Virus record (IMG/VR): IMGVR_UViG_3300031853_000001
Coordinates: 116,933 to 180,932 of that record
From: a virus
Taxonomy: Duplodnaviria; Caudoviricetes
Direction: 5' to 3' (one strand)
Length of the DNA stretch: 64,000 bases
A model generated the notes under the pieces. The model searched no databases and was not told where the DNA came from. It worked only from the letters and a program-made list of their open reading frames with translations. The position numbers and the translations under genes are program-made. Within the stretch, counting starts at the first letter, position 1, and each line of letters opens with the position of its first letter. Of this stretch, positions 26,157 to 35,460 are shown in pieces.

Positions 26157-26239
26157 CGCTTCGCGGGATTTTGTTATAAAAGAATTTGACTTTTTCTAAA
26201 AACTATGTTATACTAAATAAAAGAAAAGGAGAATTAAGT

Positions 26240-26668
26240 ATGTATAGATATAAGCAAGAGAAACGTTGGCGGTCAAAAAATAAAGCCGCAGAACTTGATC
26301 CAAACTATCCAATTGACCCAGAAGTTCTACAAAAGCAAGAAGAAGCAACTGCAAAACTTGAATTAATTTATCGTGAAATTGATACACAAGAGGTAAGTGG
26401 CAATGGTGCCCATGAACATATTTGTACTTTTGAAATGCTAAGTAATGATAAAACCCGTCAAGCCCGAGAATGTAAGGAATGGTTAAAGAAACATCCTATT
26501 AAATATCCAACAGACGATGATTTTTGGGAGCCTTGTGATTTTTGTGCTATGATGAATTATGTGGCACAAGATGACGAAGGAAAGATTATGTATGTATCAA
26601 GAGCTTTTCCAGAAAAACGAATAAATTGGACCAAAAGATTTAAGGAGACTAATAATGTTTCATTATAG
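26240..26668 (+). CDS. hypothetical protein
   Basis: Start ATG 26240 after RBS AAAGGAG; the track's upstream TTG lies in the promoter. Confidence 0.65.
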   Translation: MYRYKQEKRWRSKNKAAELDPNYPIDPEVLQKQEEATAKLELIYREIDTQEVSGNGAHEHICTFEMLSNDKTRQARECKEWLKKHPIKYPTDDDFWEPCDFCAMMNYVAQDDEGKIMYVSRAFPEKRINWTKRFKETNNVSL

Positions 26669-26873
26669 GTATGATATGATTGGAGCTGATTTAGATTATA
26701 ATATTCATAAACATCCTCAACAAGATTTAGAAGATAGAGGATACAAATGGATAAAAAGTGAACCTTTTTCAATTGCAGATTGTTGGATTTTTCGTTTTCA
26801 AAATGAATTAGAAAATCCTCCAAAGTATTTACAAAGAATTTCAAATGATTTTAAGTTTTCAGACGAGAGGTAA
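26655..26873 (+). CDS. hypothetical protein
   Basis: Coupled ORF. Confidence 0.6.
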   Translation: MFHYRYDMIGADLDYNIHKHPQQDLEDRGYKWIKSEPFSIADCWIFRFQNELENPPKYLQRISNDFKFSDER

Positions 26874-26878
26874 TTAAT

Positions 26879-27169
26879 ATGATTACAATTATTCAAAATC
26901 GTGGAACTGGTAAGGCAAAGAAACTACTTGAGACCGCGCGCGAAAAGAACGCAACAATTATTACCCAAGACAAACGAGCTTTTGAAGTAAAAGCAAAATC
27001 TTACGGCTTTTCTGATGTTGAAATTTTAGATTATGACGATTTAGAAGATGATAACTATACTATTGACAAGCCAGTTTTAGTTCATAATGGAGATAAGTTT
27101 TTAGAGTATCTACTTGACCGCTATTATGGTTTAGATATAATTGGCTTTAGCGCCACACAGGAGGATTAA
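26879..27169 (+). CDS. small P-loop-like protein
   Basis: RGTGKAK. Confidence 0.6.
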   Translation: MITIIQNRGTGKAKKLLETAREKNATIITQDKRAFEVKAKSYGFSDVEILDYDDLEDDNYTIDKPVLVHNGDKFLEYLLDRYYGLDIIGFSATQED

Positions 27170-27171
27170 TT

Positions 27172-27528
27172 ATGAATTATACGACTACTACTAATTTTAA
27201 AAATAAAACTACTCTAGAGCATTTTGAAGATATTTATTGTCGTATTAATAAGCTAGAAAATTATATGCTTGGAATTAAGAAAGACAATAAACCAGCAGAT
27301 ATTAATATTGTTGCAAACTTAGATTTAAAGAATGATAAAGCAATAGAAAATATTCACGAAGTAAAAGAAGAAGTTGAAGAATTAAATGATTTACTCGCGG
27401 AGTTAGAACTACCAGATATCCGCCCAATCATTAATTTCTATGGCTGTTCCTTCAATTTTGGAGAAGGTTCCGCAGAAGCTACTTATCATATGGGCGATGA
27501 CAATTGGGAAAGAAAGGTTGAGGATTAA
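27172..27528 (+). CDS. hypothetical protein
   Basis: RBS GGAGG. Confidence 0.65.
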   Translation: MNYTTTTNFKNKTTLEHFEDIYCRINKLENYMLGIKKDNKPADINIVANLDLKNDKAIENIHEVKEEVEELNDLLAELELPDIRPIINFYGCSFNFGEGSAEATYHMGDDNWERKVED

Positions 27529-27619
27529 TCAATAAAATAAAGATTTTTCCTAAAAAAAGAAGAAAACACATTAATTCATTTCCTATAATATTACTTATCT
27601 TATGAAAGGAGTGGTTCAT

Positions 27620-27817
27620 ATGGGTTTAAAAGAAAAAATTCAATATTTAATTGATAAAGGTTTTTCTTGCGGCCAGGTAGGAAAAATTTGTAATTGTCAT
27701 TCTTCTTCTATTTCTAAATGGTTAAATGGAGTTTCACAAATTTCACCGCGAATGGAAGAATCAATTGAAAATCATATGAAATCATTTCTAGAAGATTTAA
27801 ATAATATTTGGAAGTGA
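27620..27817 (+). CDS. small HTH protein
   Basis: SC.QV...C..SSISKWLNG; ATG 27620 after AAGGAG. Confidence 0.6.
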   Translation: MGLKEKIQYLIDKGFSCGQVGKICNCHSSSISKWLNGVSQISPRMEESIENHMKSFLEDLNNIWK

Positions 27818-28620
27818 TTTATATGGGTGCTAAAATAGATATGACTGGTTGGAAAATGTGGGAACATGGAGTTTCTGAAAGTAGAATAACCGTTATTAAA
27901 GAATTAACAGAAAGAAACTCTGATAATAGAATTATGTGGCAATGCCAATGTTCTTGCGGCAAAGTTTTTAATGCTTGTGGTAAATTAATTAAAAATGGTA
28001 CTACTAAATCTTGTGGCTGTTATAACCGAGATAAAATCCAAGAAAGACTCGCAAAAAAGGCATTGGAAAAAATTGGAAAACGAAATGGTTTATTAACGGT
28101 TAAAGAATTTATTGGTTTTAAAAAGAAAAAGAATAGTAATTTTAATACCGCTTATTTTTTATGCCAGTGTGATTGTGGTAATTTTATTGAATTAGAAGAA
28201 AAACGTGTTCAAGATGGAAGAGTAAAAAGTTGTGGTTGTACATCTACGTCTATTGGTGAAAAAAGAATTAAATATATATTAGAAAATAATCACATTCATT
28301 TTGATTATGATACATGTTTCCCGCAATTATTAAAAGATACAAATAGAAATCTTCGTTTTGATTTTATTATTTATAATAAAGATAATAGCATTAATAGATT
28401 TATTGAATTTGATGGGGTACAACATATCACTGGTTTAATAGGTGGTACTTGGGGAAAAATTAATAATAAAGAAATTATTCAAGAAAGAGATAAAATTAAA
28501 AATGATTGGTGTTTAAAAAATAATTATATATTAGTTAGAATTCCTCATACTAAACTTAATACTTTATGTTTAGAAGATATAATGGGTGATAAATTTATCT
28601 ATAAAGGAGATGATTTTTAA
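27808..28620 (+). CDS. free-standing homing endonuclease (CxCxCG repeats + Vsr/DUF559-like PD-(D/E)XK domain)
   Basis: CQCSCG..KSCGC repeats; LRFDF..IEFDG.QH..D..KN..C..LVRI. Confidence 0.8.
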   Translation: MEVIYMGAKIDMTGWKMWEHGVSESRITVIKELTERNSDNRIMWQCQCSCGKVFNACGKLIKNGTTKSCGCYNRDKIQERLAKKALEKIGKRNGLLTVKEFIGFKKKKNSNFNTAYFLCQCDCGNFIELEEKRVQDGRVKSCGCTSTSIGEKRIKYILENNHIHFDYDTCFPQLLKDTNRNLRFDFIIYNKDNSINRFIEFDGVQHITGLIGGTWGKINNKEIIQERDKIKNDWCLKNNYILVRIPHTKLNTLCLEDIMGDKFIYKGDDF

Positions 28621-29347
28621 TGTCCCGGTTTTTTCTTACCGGTGACACCTAACTCATGGGTCACTTGAAACTAAAAAATTAAGTTATAAAAATTTTCCGC
28701 TTGGCCGCGCACTCAATAAGGAAGACTGTATTTGTATATTAGGTGATTTTGGAAATGTTTGGCGTCTTGATAATGAAGATAACTATTGGCTAGATTTTTT
28801 AGAAGATAAAAATTTTACGACTATCTTCATTCCGGGGAACCATGAATGCTATCCTCTTCTTCGTACTTTTCCAATAGAACGATGGCATAATGGCATTGTT
28901 AGAAAAATTCGTCCTTCTGTAATTATGCTTGAACGTGGCGAAATATTTAATATAAATAATCAAACTTTCTTTTGCTTTGGCGCCGCACGAAGTGTAGATA
29001 AAATATACCGAAAAGAAGGTATTTCATGGTGGCCAGAAGAGCAAGCTTCACGAGAAGAATATGAAAATGGAATTAATAATCTTGAAAAACATAATTTTCA
29101 AATAGATTATATTTTAACCCATTGTGCGCCTAATTATTTAGTTGATAAACTTTTTCCTTATGAAAATCAACATGATGATACAACTAATTATCTCGAAAAG
29201 TGTATACGACAACAAGTAACTTTTAAAAAGTGGTTTTTAGCGCATTATCATGTTGACCGCAGCTATGACAATCAAAAATATAATATACTCTATAATGATA
29301 TAATTGAACTCTTTCCTAACGATGAAATTAAGGTGGTAAATAATTAA
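28620..29347 (+). CDS. calcineurin-like metallophosphoesterase interrupted by a 5-nt insert at 28650-28654
   Basis: ATG 28620 with RBS; TGDT|HG, LGDFG, PGNHE, LTH, AHYH motifs; the frame breaks at ACC-TAA-CT-CAT. Confidence 0.75.
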
Positions 29348-29758
29348 ATGGATAAATACGATTATTATGTTGAAGTAGCAAATGATATAGAATGCTGGAT
29401 GGATAAAGATGGAGACCCATTTGACCTATCTCAATTTGAAAATAGAGAAGAAGCCGCGGAATTTCTCCGCGATGAACTTTGGACAGAAGATACTATTACT
29501 GGTAATGGCCCGGATGGGTATGCTAGTGAAGAAGAGTGTGAGGAATATCTTTGTCATAATTTAAATCTTCTATTTGATGCTTTATTTGAATTTGGAGAAT
29601 TAGAAGAATCATTACTAGATAATATTCATAAACACTATAAAGAAAAAAACTTAGCCCGTTGGGCTGATTGCACAATACGATGTTATGTTTTAGATAATGC
29701 GATTGAAGAAGTACTTATTACTTGGGAAGGATATGGGTTTAAATATAAAGGAGAATAA
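29348..29758 (+). CDS. hypothetical acidic protein
   Basis: D.ITGN..G....D..IRCY.L. Confidence 0.7.
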   Translation: MDKYDYYVEVANDIECWMDKDGDPFDLSQFENREEAAEFLRDELWTEDTITGNGPDGYASEEECEEYLCHNLNLLFDALFEFGELEESLLDNIHKHYKEKNLARWADCTIRCYVLDNAIEEVLITWEGYGFKYKGE

Positions 29759-29759
29759 A

Positions 29760-30242
29760 ATGAAAATCTATCTAGCTGGAGATTGTAGTTCAGAAAATCG
29801 TTATAACATGGTTCAAATTTCCAAAGTTTTTCGCGAATATGGCGGTTATGAAGTATATTGTCCTTGGGAACTTAAAATTGAAAATGCTTGGGATATGCCG
29901 CAAGAAGACTGGGCACGAAAAGTTTTTGAAGCAGATATTAAAACTATTCAAGAATGTGAAGTATTTGTAATGATTACTTCTGGCCGCGAAAGTACCGCGG
30001 GAACCAATTGGGAAAATGGTTATGCTTATGCTTTAAATAAACGTATTGTAGTTATTCAAGTCACTGATAAACCAACGTCTTTAATGACTTATGCTAGTTC
30101 TTCTGAATTTTTTAATTCTTCTTTAGCAGATTGTTTAGATACCGTGAAAGAAGTTGTCAATCGTTGGGAACGATGGGGATTATATAGCATTGCTTTAAAC
30201 GGTGTTGATGGGAATTATGTGTGTAAGACGGTATTAACTTAA
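29760..30242 (+). CDS. nucleoside 2-deoxyribosyltransferase-family protein
   Basis: MKIYLAG..VF.AD...GTNWE.GYAYA; RBS AAAGGAG before ATG 29760. Confidence 0.8.
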   Translation: MKIYLAGDCSSENRYNMVQISKVFREYGGYEVYCPWELKIENAWDMPQEDWARKVFEADIKTIQECEVFVMITSGRESTAGTNWENGYAYALNKRIVVIQVTDKPTSLMTYASSSEFFNSSLADCLDTVKEVVNRWERWGLYSIALNGVDGNYVCKTVLT

Positions 30243-30252
30243 AGGAGTAATT

Positions 30253-30657
30253 ATGTCTAAATATCAAGAAATGTTAGATTATGTAAAATGGTATCAAGAA
30301 AAGCATAAATACGTAAATGGTAATGTTCCTAATCCTATTTTTGAAATTATGGTTTTTGAATATCCTAATAAAGAAATGACTTATCCTACATCAAATGGGA
30401 ATGTTCGTTCTGGTTGGCCAGATACTGGTTGTATAGACCATATAGGATTTTATTATGAACTTGATACCGCAATTCAAGCAATGAATGAAAACTGGTGTGA
30501 CATTCAAGAAACGTGCTATCACGCAGGTTTTATTCTCTGTCGTTTTCCTGGGCTATATTATGCGGCAATTTCTCGAATGTATTTTCTTTGGGATGAAGAA
30601 AAGAAAGGTTTTTTTGAAGCAGAAGAACCTGAAATTTTTAAACATGTTGCCTATTAA
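30253..30657 (+). CDS. hypothetical protein
   Basis: RBS AAAGGAG. Confidence 0.7.
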   Translation: MSKYQEMLDYVKWYQEKHKYVNGNVPNPIFEIMVFEYPNKEMTYPTSNGNVRSGWPDTGCIDHIGFYYELDTAIQAMNENWCDIQETCYHAGFILCRFPGLYYAAISRMYFLWDEEKKGFFEAEEPEIFKHVAY

Positions 30658-30703
30658 AGCCAAGAAAATCTTGGCTTTTTAAATATATAAAGGAGGAATA
30701 ATA

Positions 30704-31537
30704 ATGAGAGAAGTAACAGATAAAATGCGTATTGCCGCGAAAAAATATTTTACTCCTCGATGGCGTGAAAAATATGGATTTTTAGAACCATATGATATTG
30801 ATGAAGATAAAATACAAGAAACAACTTGTGGAATATATTTAAAATGTAGGTGTCATTTTCCAGACTGTCCAACAATGAAAGACCCAATTCATCCTTGGGT
30901 TAGTGTAAGAGGGAGTAAATTAAATGGAAGAACTCAAATTTCTTGCGGAGCTTGTTCTAAAAAAGCTAGACAATTAGAAGAATTTAAATTTAAAGAAATG
31001 AAAGTAGGAGATATAATAGGATGTTGGCAATTAGATGAAGAATTAAAAAATAAAGAATTAAAAACAAAAATGGGATGGTCAGGACATAGTAAATATTATA
31101 AAGCTCACTGTATATATTGCGGAATTTCAGACTATAAAAGTTCTGATCATCTTAAAGTTGGTGATGATAGCTGTGTATGTCGTTCTGGAAGTTTTAATGA
31201 AAAACGATTAAATAAATTATTAGGAAGAATTTTTAAAGATAATGAAAAATTTTTTTATACCTCTGAATATGGCTTTGACAATCAACGAATAGATTTTGCT
31301 ATTTTTAATAAAAATGAAGAACCTTTATTATTTATAGAATATGATGGAGAATTTCATGATAAAGATGAAATGCACAAAGGTGAATTAGAATTAAATAAAG
31401 AAAGAGATCACCGTAAAAATTCTCGCGCAGAACAGCTTGGAATTCCAATAATTAGAATTACATATAAAGAACAAAAACTCATTAGTGAAATTTGGCTGAA
31501 AAAACATATTAAAGAATTTATTGGAGAAATTGATTGA
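30704..31537 (+). CDS. Vsr/DUF559-like endonuclease
   Basis: RIDFAI..IEYDGEFH..D..KN..IPIIRI. Confidence 0.75.
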   Translation: MREVTDKMRIAAKKYFTPRWREKYGFLEPYDIDEDKIQETTCGIYLKCRCHFPDCPTMKDPIHPWVSVRGSKLNGRTQISCGACSKKARQLEEFKFKEMKVGDIIGCWQLDEELKNKELKTKMGWSGHSKYYKAHCIYCGISDYKSSDHLKVGDDSCVCRSGSFNEKRLNKLLGRIFKDNEKFFYTSEYGFDNQRIDFAIFNKNEEPLLFIEYDGEFHDKDEMHKGELELNKERDHRKNSRAEQLGIPIIRITYKEQKLISEIWLKKHIKEFIGEID

Positions 31538-31592
31538 CTTTTTCTTTAATTTATATTATAATAAATATATAAAATAAGAAAGGAAAATAATA

Positions 31593-31895
31593 ATGCACGA
31601 ATATATTATTGAAAAACAGACTTGTGATATGGGTAGTGGAAAAGGTGAATATATTTTTTCAAATATTACGCTAGAACAAGCATTAGATTGGTTTGAAAAG
31701 AATTTGAACGAATGGGGAACAATAATAATTAAATTCAAAAATGGAGAAATTTTGAGAAAATTTGATTATGACTTATATAATTCGCATCAATTTTATCACC
31801 ATTTAAACGGATGGGAATATGATTCCTTAATAAAGAAAATAGAATTTTCTTATTGTTTTATGAACAGAGATATTATTATTTATTTGAATAAATAA
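31593..31895 (+). CDS. hypothetical protein
   Basis: Promoter and RBS. Confidence 0.6.
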   Translation: MHEYIIEKQTCDMGSGKGEYIFSNITLEQALDWFEKNLNEWGTIIIKFKNGEILRKFDYDLYNSHQFYHHLNGWEYDSLIKKIEFSYCFMNRDIIIYLNK

Positions 31896-31966
31896 GTTAA
31901 ACCAAAAAGGTTTGACTTTTCTTTTAATTTATGTTATAATTAAATATAAAGAAAAGGAGGGATAAT

Positions 31967-34856
31967 GTGAATCAAAATTATGACATTAACTCCATTGAAA
32001 GTCTGGATTTTCGCACTGGCGTCCGCACTCGTATTCAAATGTATTTAGGCTCGGATGACATAGAAGGAACCTATCAGGCTTTAAAGGAAATTATTAATAA
32101 TAGCACTGATGAAGCGCTTGCTGGCTTTGGAAAGAAAATTGAAATTACAGTTGATGAAAAAGAAAACGCAGTAGCAGTAAGAGATTATGGCCGCGGCGTT
32201 CCTTTCGGCATTCGCGAAAATGGGGAAAACGTGCTAGTATCTGTTTATACACAATCTCATACAGGTGGTAAATTTAATCATAATGCTTATAAAAATTCCA
32301 GTGGCCTTAACGGTTTAGGAGCAAGCTGCACTTGTCTTTCTTCTGAAAAATTTGAAGTTCAAAGTAATCGTGATGGTAAGTGTGCTTGTGCTTTTTTTGA
32401 GAAAGGTAATTTAATCACTTATAAAGAAGGAAAAACTAAGGATAAGGATGGAACATATGTTCGTTTTAAGCCTGACCCAGAAGTTTTTTCTAATGGTGAA
32501 ATTGGCTATTCTTATGAGCGTATTTGCTCTGATATAAAAGATATTTCTTATCTTTATCCTGGAATAGATTTTGTTGTATCTTGTGGAGACGAAACAAAAA
32601 CATATTGTGCCAAAGAAGGTATTGTAGATTTCGTAAGAGAAATGGTTCAGAAACCATTACAAAAACATATTATTACTGGTTCTGCTTCTGATGGAACCGA
32701 TTCAGTAGAAATTGCTTTTCAATGGGGAACTAAGCGTGAAACTCCTTATGTTTTCGTAAATGGTCTTCGTTGTCCTGAATTAGGAACTCCAGTGACTGGT
32801 GCGAAAACCGCTATTACAAAAACTATTAATAGTTTATCTGGACAAAATTTTGAAGGAGAAAATATTCGGAAAAATTTATTTTATGTAATTAATTGTAAAG
32901 TAGAAAATCCTTCATTTGCAAATCAGACTAAAACTAAAATTAATAATCCTTCTCTACGCACTCTTGCTACAACTGCCTTTACTTCGGCCTTAAAAGAAAT
33001 GAACATTAAATATAATAGTGAATTTAACACTATTGTAGAAATGTTAAAGAAAGTTGAAAAGGCAGAAGCCGCAGCAGAAAAGGCTCGTAATGCTGTCCTT
33101 AATATGGAAAAGAAGGAGTCGGAACACAAGAAACAAAAGATTACTTCTTCCGATAAATTTAAGGACTGTGAAAAGCACGGACAAGATTCTATGCTAATTG
33201 TGTGCGAGGGTAATTCCGCTCTGGGCGGCCTTATGCCTGCACGTGATGTTAATACAGAAGCTTTATACGCTGTGCGCGGAAAGGTAAAGAATCTGTTAAA
33301 ACATCCACTTGATGAATGCCTTGAAAATCAGGAAGTTTCTGATATTATTATGGCTCTTGGCTGTGGTATTCAAAATCGGTATAATAGCAAGAAATTAAAT
33401 TATGGTAAGGTTGCTATTGCAGTTGATGCAGACGCTAAAATTTATTAAATTGGCGTAAAATGCTTTACTCTTTATCAGGAGGGTCTACATATTATATGAG
33501 GATGGATATCATATAAAGTAGGCTAACGGTCAACTAAACTGAAAAGTTAAGGTGGTAAGAGAGCCTAAGTCCTTTAAGGATATGGTAATACCGTGGGAAT
33601 CAAATATTAATCCATTCTCACTAATTTTATGAGGTGAGAATATGATAGGAATTTATAAAATAACAAATAAACTCTCTGGGAAAACCTATATTGGACAGTC
33701 TAATGATATTGAACGAAGATTTAAAGAACATAAATGTAAAAAAGATATTCCAGTTGAAATAGCAATTCAAAAATATGGAGTAGAAAATTTTATATTTGAA
33801 GTTCTTGAAGAATGTTCAATAGATGAATTAGATGAAAAAGAAAAATACTATATTAATCTTTATAATACATATCGTGGAAATGGTTATAATTGTAACGAAG
33901 GCGGCGGATGTTCTAATTGTGAAAACAATGGTAGAACTAAATTAACAAACGAAGATGTTTATGATATTCGTGAAGCATATAATAAACATTTAAGAAGAAA
34001 AGATGTTTATGAAAATTATAAAGATAAAATAGCTTTTGGGGCTTTTGCTCGTATTTGGGATGGTTCTACTTGGAAAGGTATACATTCTGATGTTTATACT
34101 CCAGAAAATAAAGAATATTATAAACATCAAGCAACTAATGGTGAATCATCAGATAGAGCAGTTTTTACCAATGAAGAAGTTATTGCAATGCGAACACGAT
34201 ATGTAAATGAAACCGCCGATAAAATTTATGAAGATTATAAAGATAGATGTGCTTTACAAACCTTAAAAGCAATTTTATGGGGTAACGCTTATAAAGATTT
34301 ACCTTTATATAAAAAAAGAGAGAAAAGATGGATTAATATTTGAAGCCTGTAACGACTATCTACGTTTAGTAGAGTACCGATACTATTGATACGTATTGGG
34401 AAAGAGCATTCCTTGTAAAAGGTAAAATATAGTCTAGCTTTATGGAAACATAAAGAGTAACTGGATGGTTATAATATAATGTGTTTAATTTCAACGATGT
34501 TTTATGTGTTAATGCCTGAATTTATTAAAGAAGGTAGATTATGTTGGCTAAGAGCTCCGTTATACCGTTTAAGTAAAGGAAATCAAAAAGTTTATGCTTA
34601 TACAGATGAAGAATTAAAACGACTTTCTAAAGGTAGAGAAAATTGGGAGCAAAGTCGCTATAAAGGCTTGGGAGAATGCACTGCAGATGATATGGAAGCC
34701 TCTATGCTTCACCCAACTGAACGTCGTCTTGAAATATTAACTATTCACGACGCAGAAGCCGCGGCTGAAAGTTTACAAATGCTTATGGGTAATGATGTTG
34801 ATCCACGGCGTGAGTTTCTATTTGAGAACGTTGATTTTAGTATTTTAAATAGTTGA
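31967..34856 (+). CDS. gyrB: DNA gyrase/topo IV subunit B (exons 31967-33436 and 34464-34856)
   Basis: E..NNS.DE, DYGRG.P, HTGGKF, EGNSA, RGKVKN; splicing restores Toprim DADADG. Confidence 0.9.
33437..34463 (+). mobile_element. group I intron in gyrB
   Basis: Exon ends in U with P1 ACGCT/GGCGT; core CCTGTAACGACTA and ATATAGTCT; terminal G 34463. Confidence 0.9.
33642..34343 (+). CDS. intron-encoded GIY-YIG endonuclease
   Basis: GIYKITN...YIGQS..R..EH..E..YI..GYN. Confidence 0.9.
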   Translation: MIGIYKITNKLSGKTYIGQSNDIERRFKEHKCKKDIPVEIAIQKYGVENFIFEVLEECSIDELDEKEKYYINLYNTYRGNGYNCNEGGGCSNCENNGRTKLTNEDVYDIREAYNKHLRRKDVYENYKDKIAFGAFARIWDGSTWKGIHSDVYTPENKEYYKHQATNGESSDRAVFTNEEVIAMRTRYVNETADKIYEDYKDRCALQTLKAILWGNAYKDLPLYKKREKRWINI

Positions 34857-34862
34857 GGTTTT

Positions 34863-35045
34863 ATGTTTAAAGAAATTCAAGAGCAAATTCAGGAAAATAT
34901 TCAAGAGCCAATTCTCAAAATCTTTTTTGAAAAATATTCTGGAGTATATAATATTTTAACACAAGATAATAAAAAAGATTATCATCTTTACTGGTTATAT
35001 CGTAAAATGGAAGATGCCACTTGGTATTGTGAAGAAATAATTTAA
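34863..35045 (+). CDS. hypothetical protein
   Basis: RBS GAGG. Confidence 0.5.
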   Translation: MFKEIQEQIQENIQEPILKIFFEKYSGVYNILTQDNKKDYHLYWLYRKMEDATWYCEEII

Positions 35046-35072
35046 AATGAAAAAATAGTTAAGGAGAAAATA

Positions 35073-35396
35073 ATGAAAACACAAGAATTTTTTTATACTG
35101 CTAAGCCAATTAAGAAAAAAGTATCTAAACAAGAATTTTTAAATTTTATTAAAAATTATCCTCGTAAGCTTCAAGTCGATTGTTGTGGAATTAGTGACCC
35201 TCCTAGTATTACTTATAATGATTTTGAGCTTGCTAATAGATGGCCGTATAGTATTGTAGCTTCAACATTTGCTTATGATGATAATCCAGATGATTATTTT
35301 TATGAACCCGAAGATAAAAGAGATTATTTTATCATTATAAACTATGAAGAATTATTTAAATCTAAAACTAGTAATATAGCAAAAAGCAATGAATAA
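35073..35396 (+). CDS. hypothetical protein
   Basis: RBS AAGGAG. Confidence 0.65.
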   Translation: MKTQEFFYTAKPIKKKVSKQEFLNFIKNYPRKLQVDCCGISDPPSITYNDFELANRWPYSIVASTFAYDDNPDDYFYEPEDKRDYFIIINYEELFKSKTSNIAKSNE

Positions 35397-35460
35397 AAGC
35401 TTGACTTCTCTCCAAAATCATGATATAATATAATAAAGAAGAAAAGGAAGTGAAAACAAT

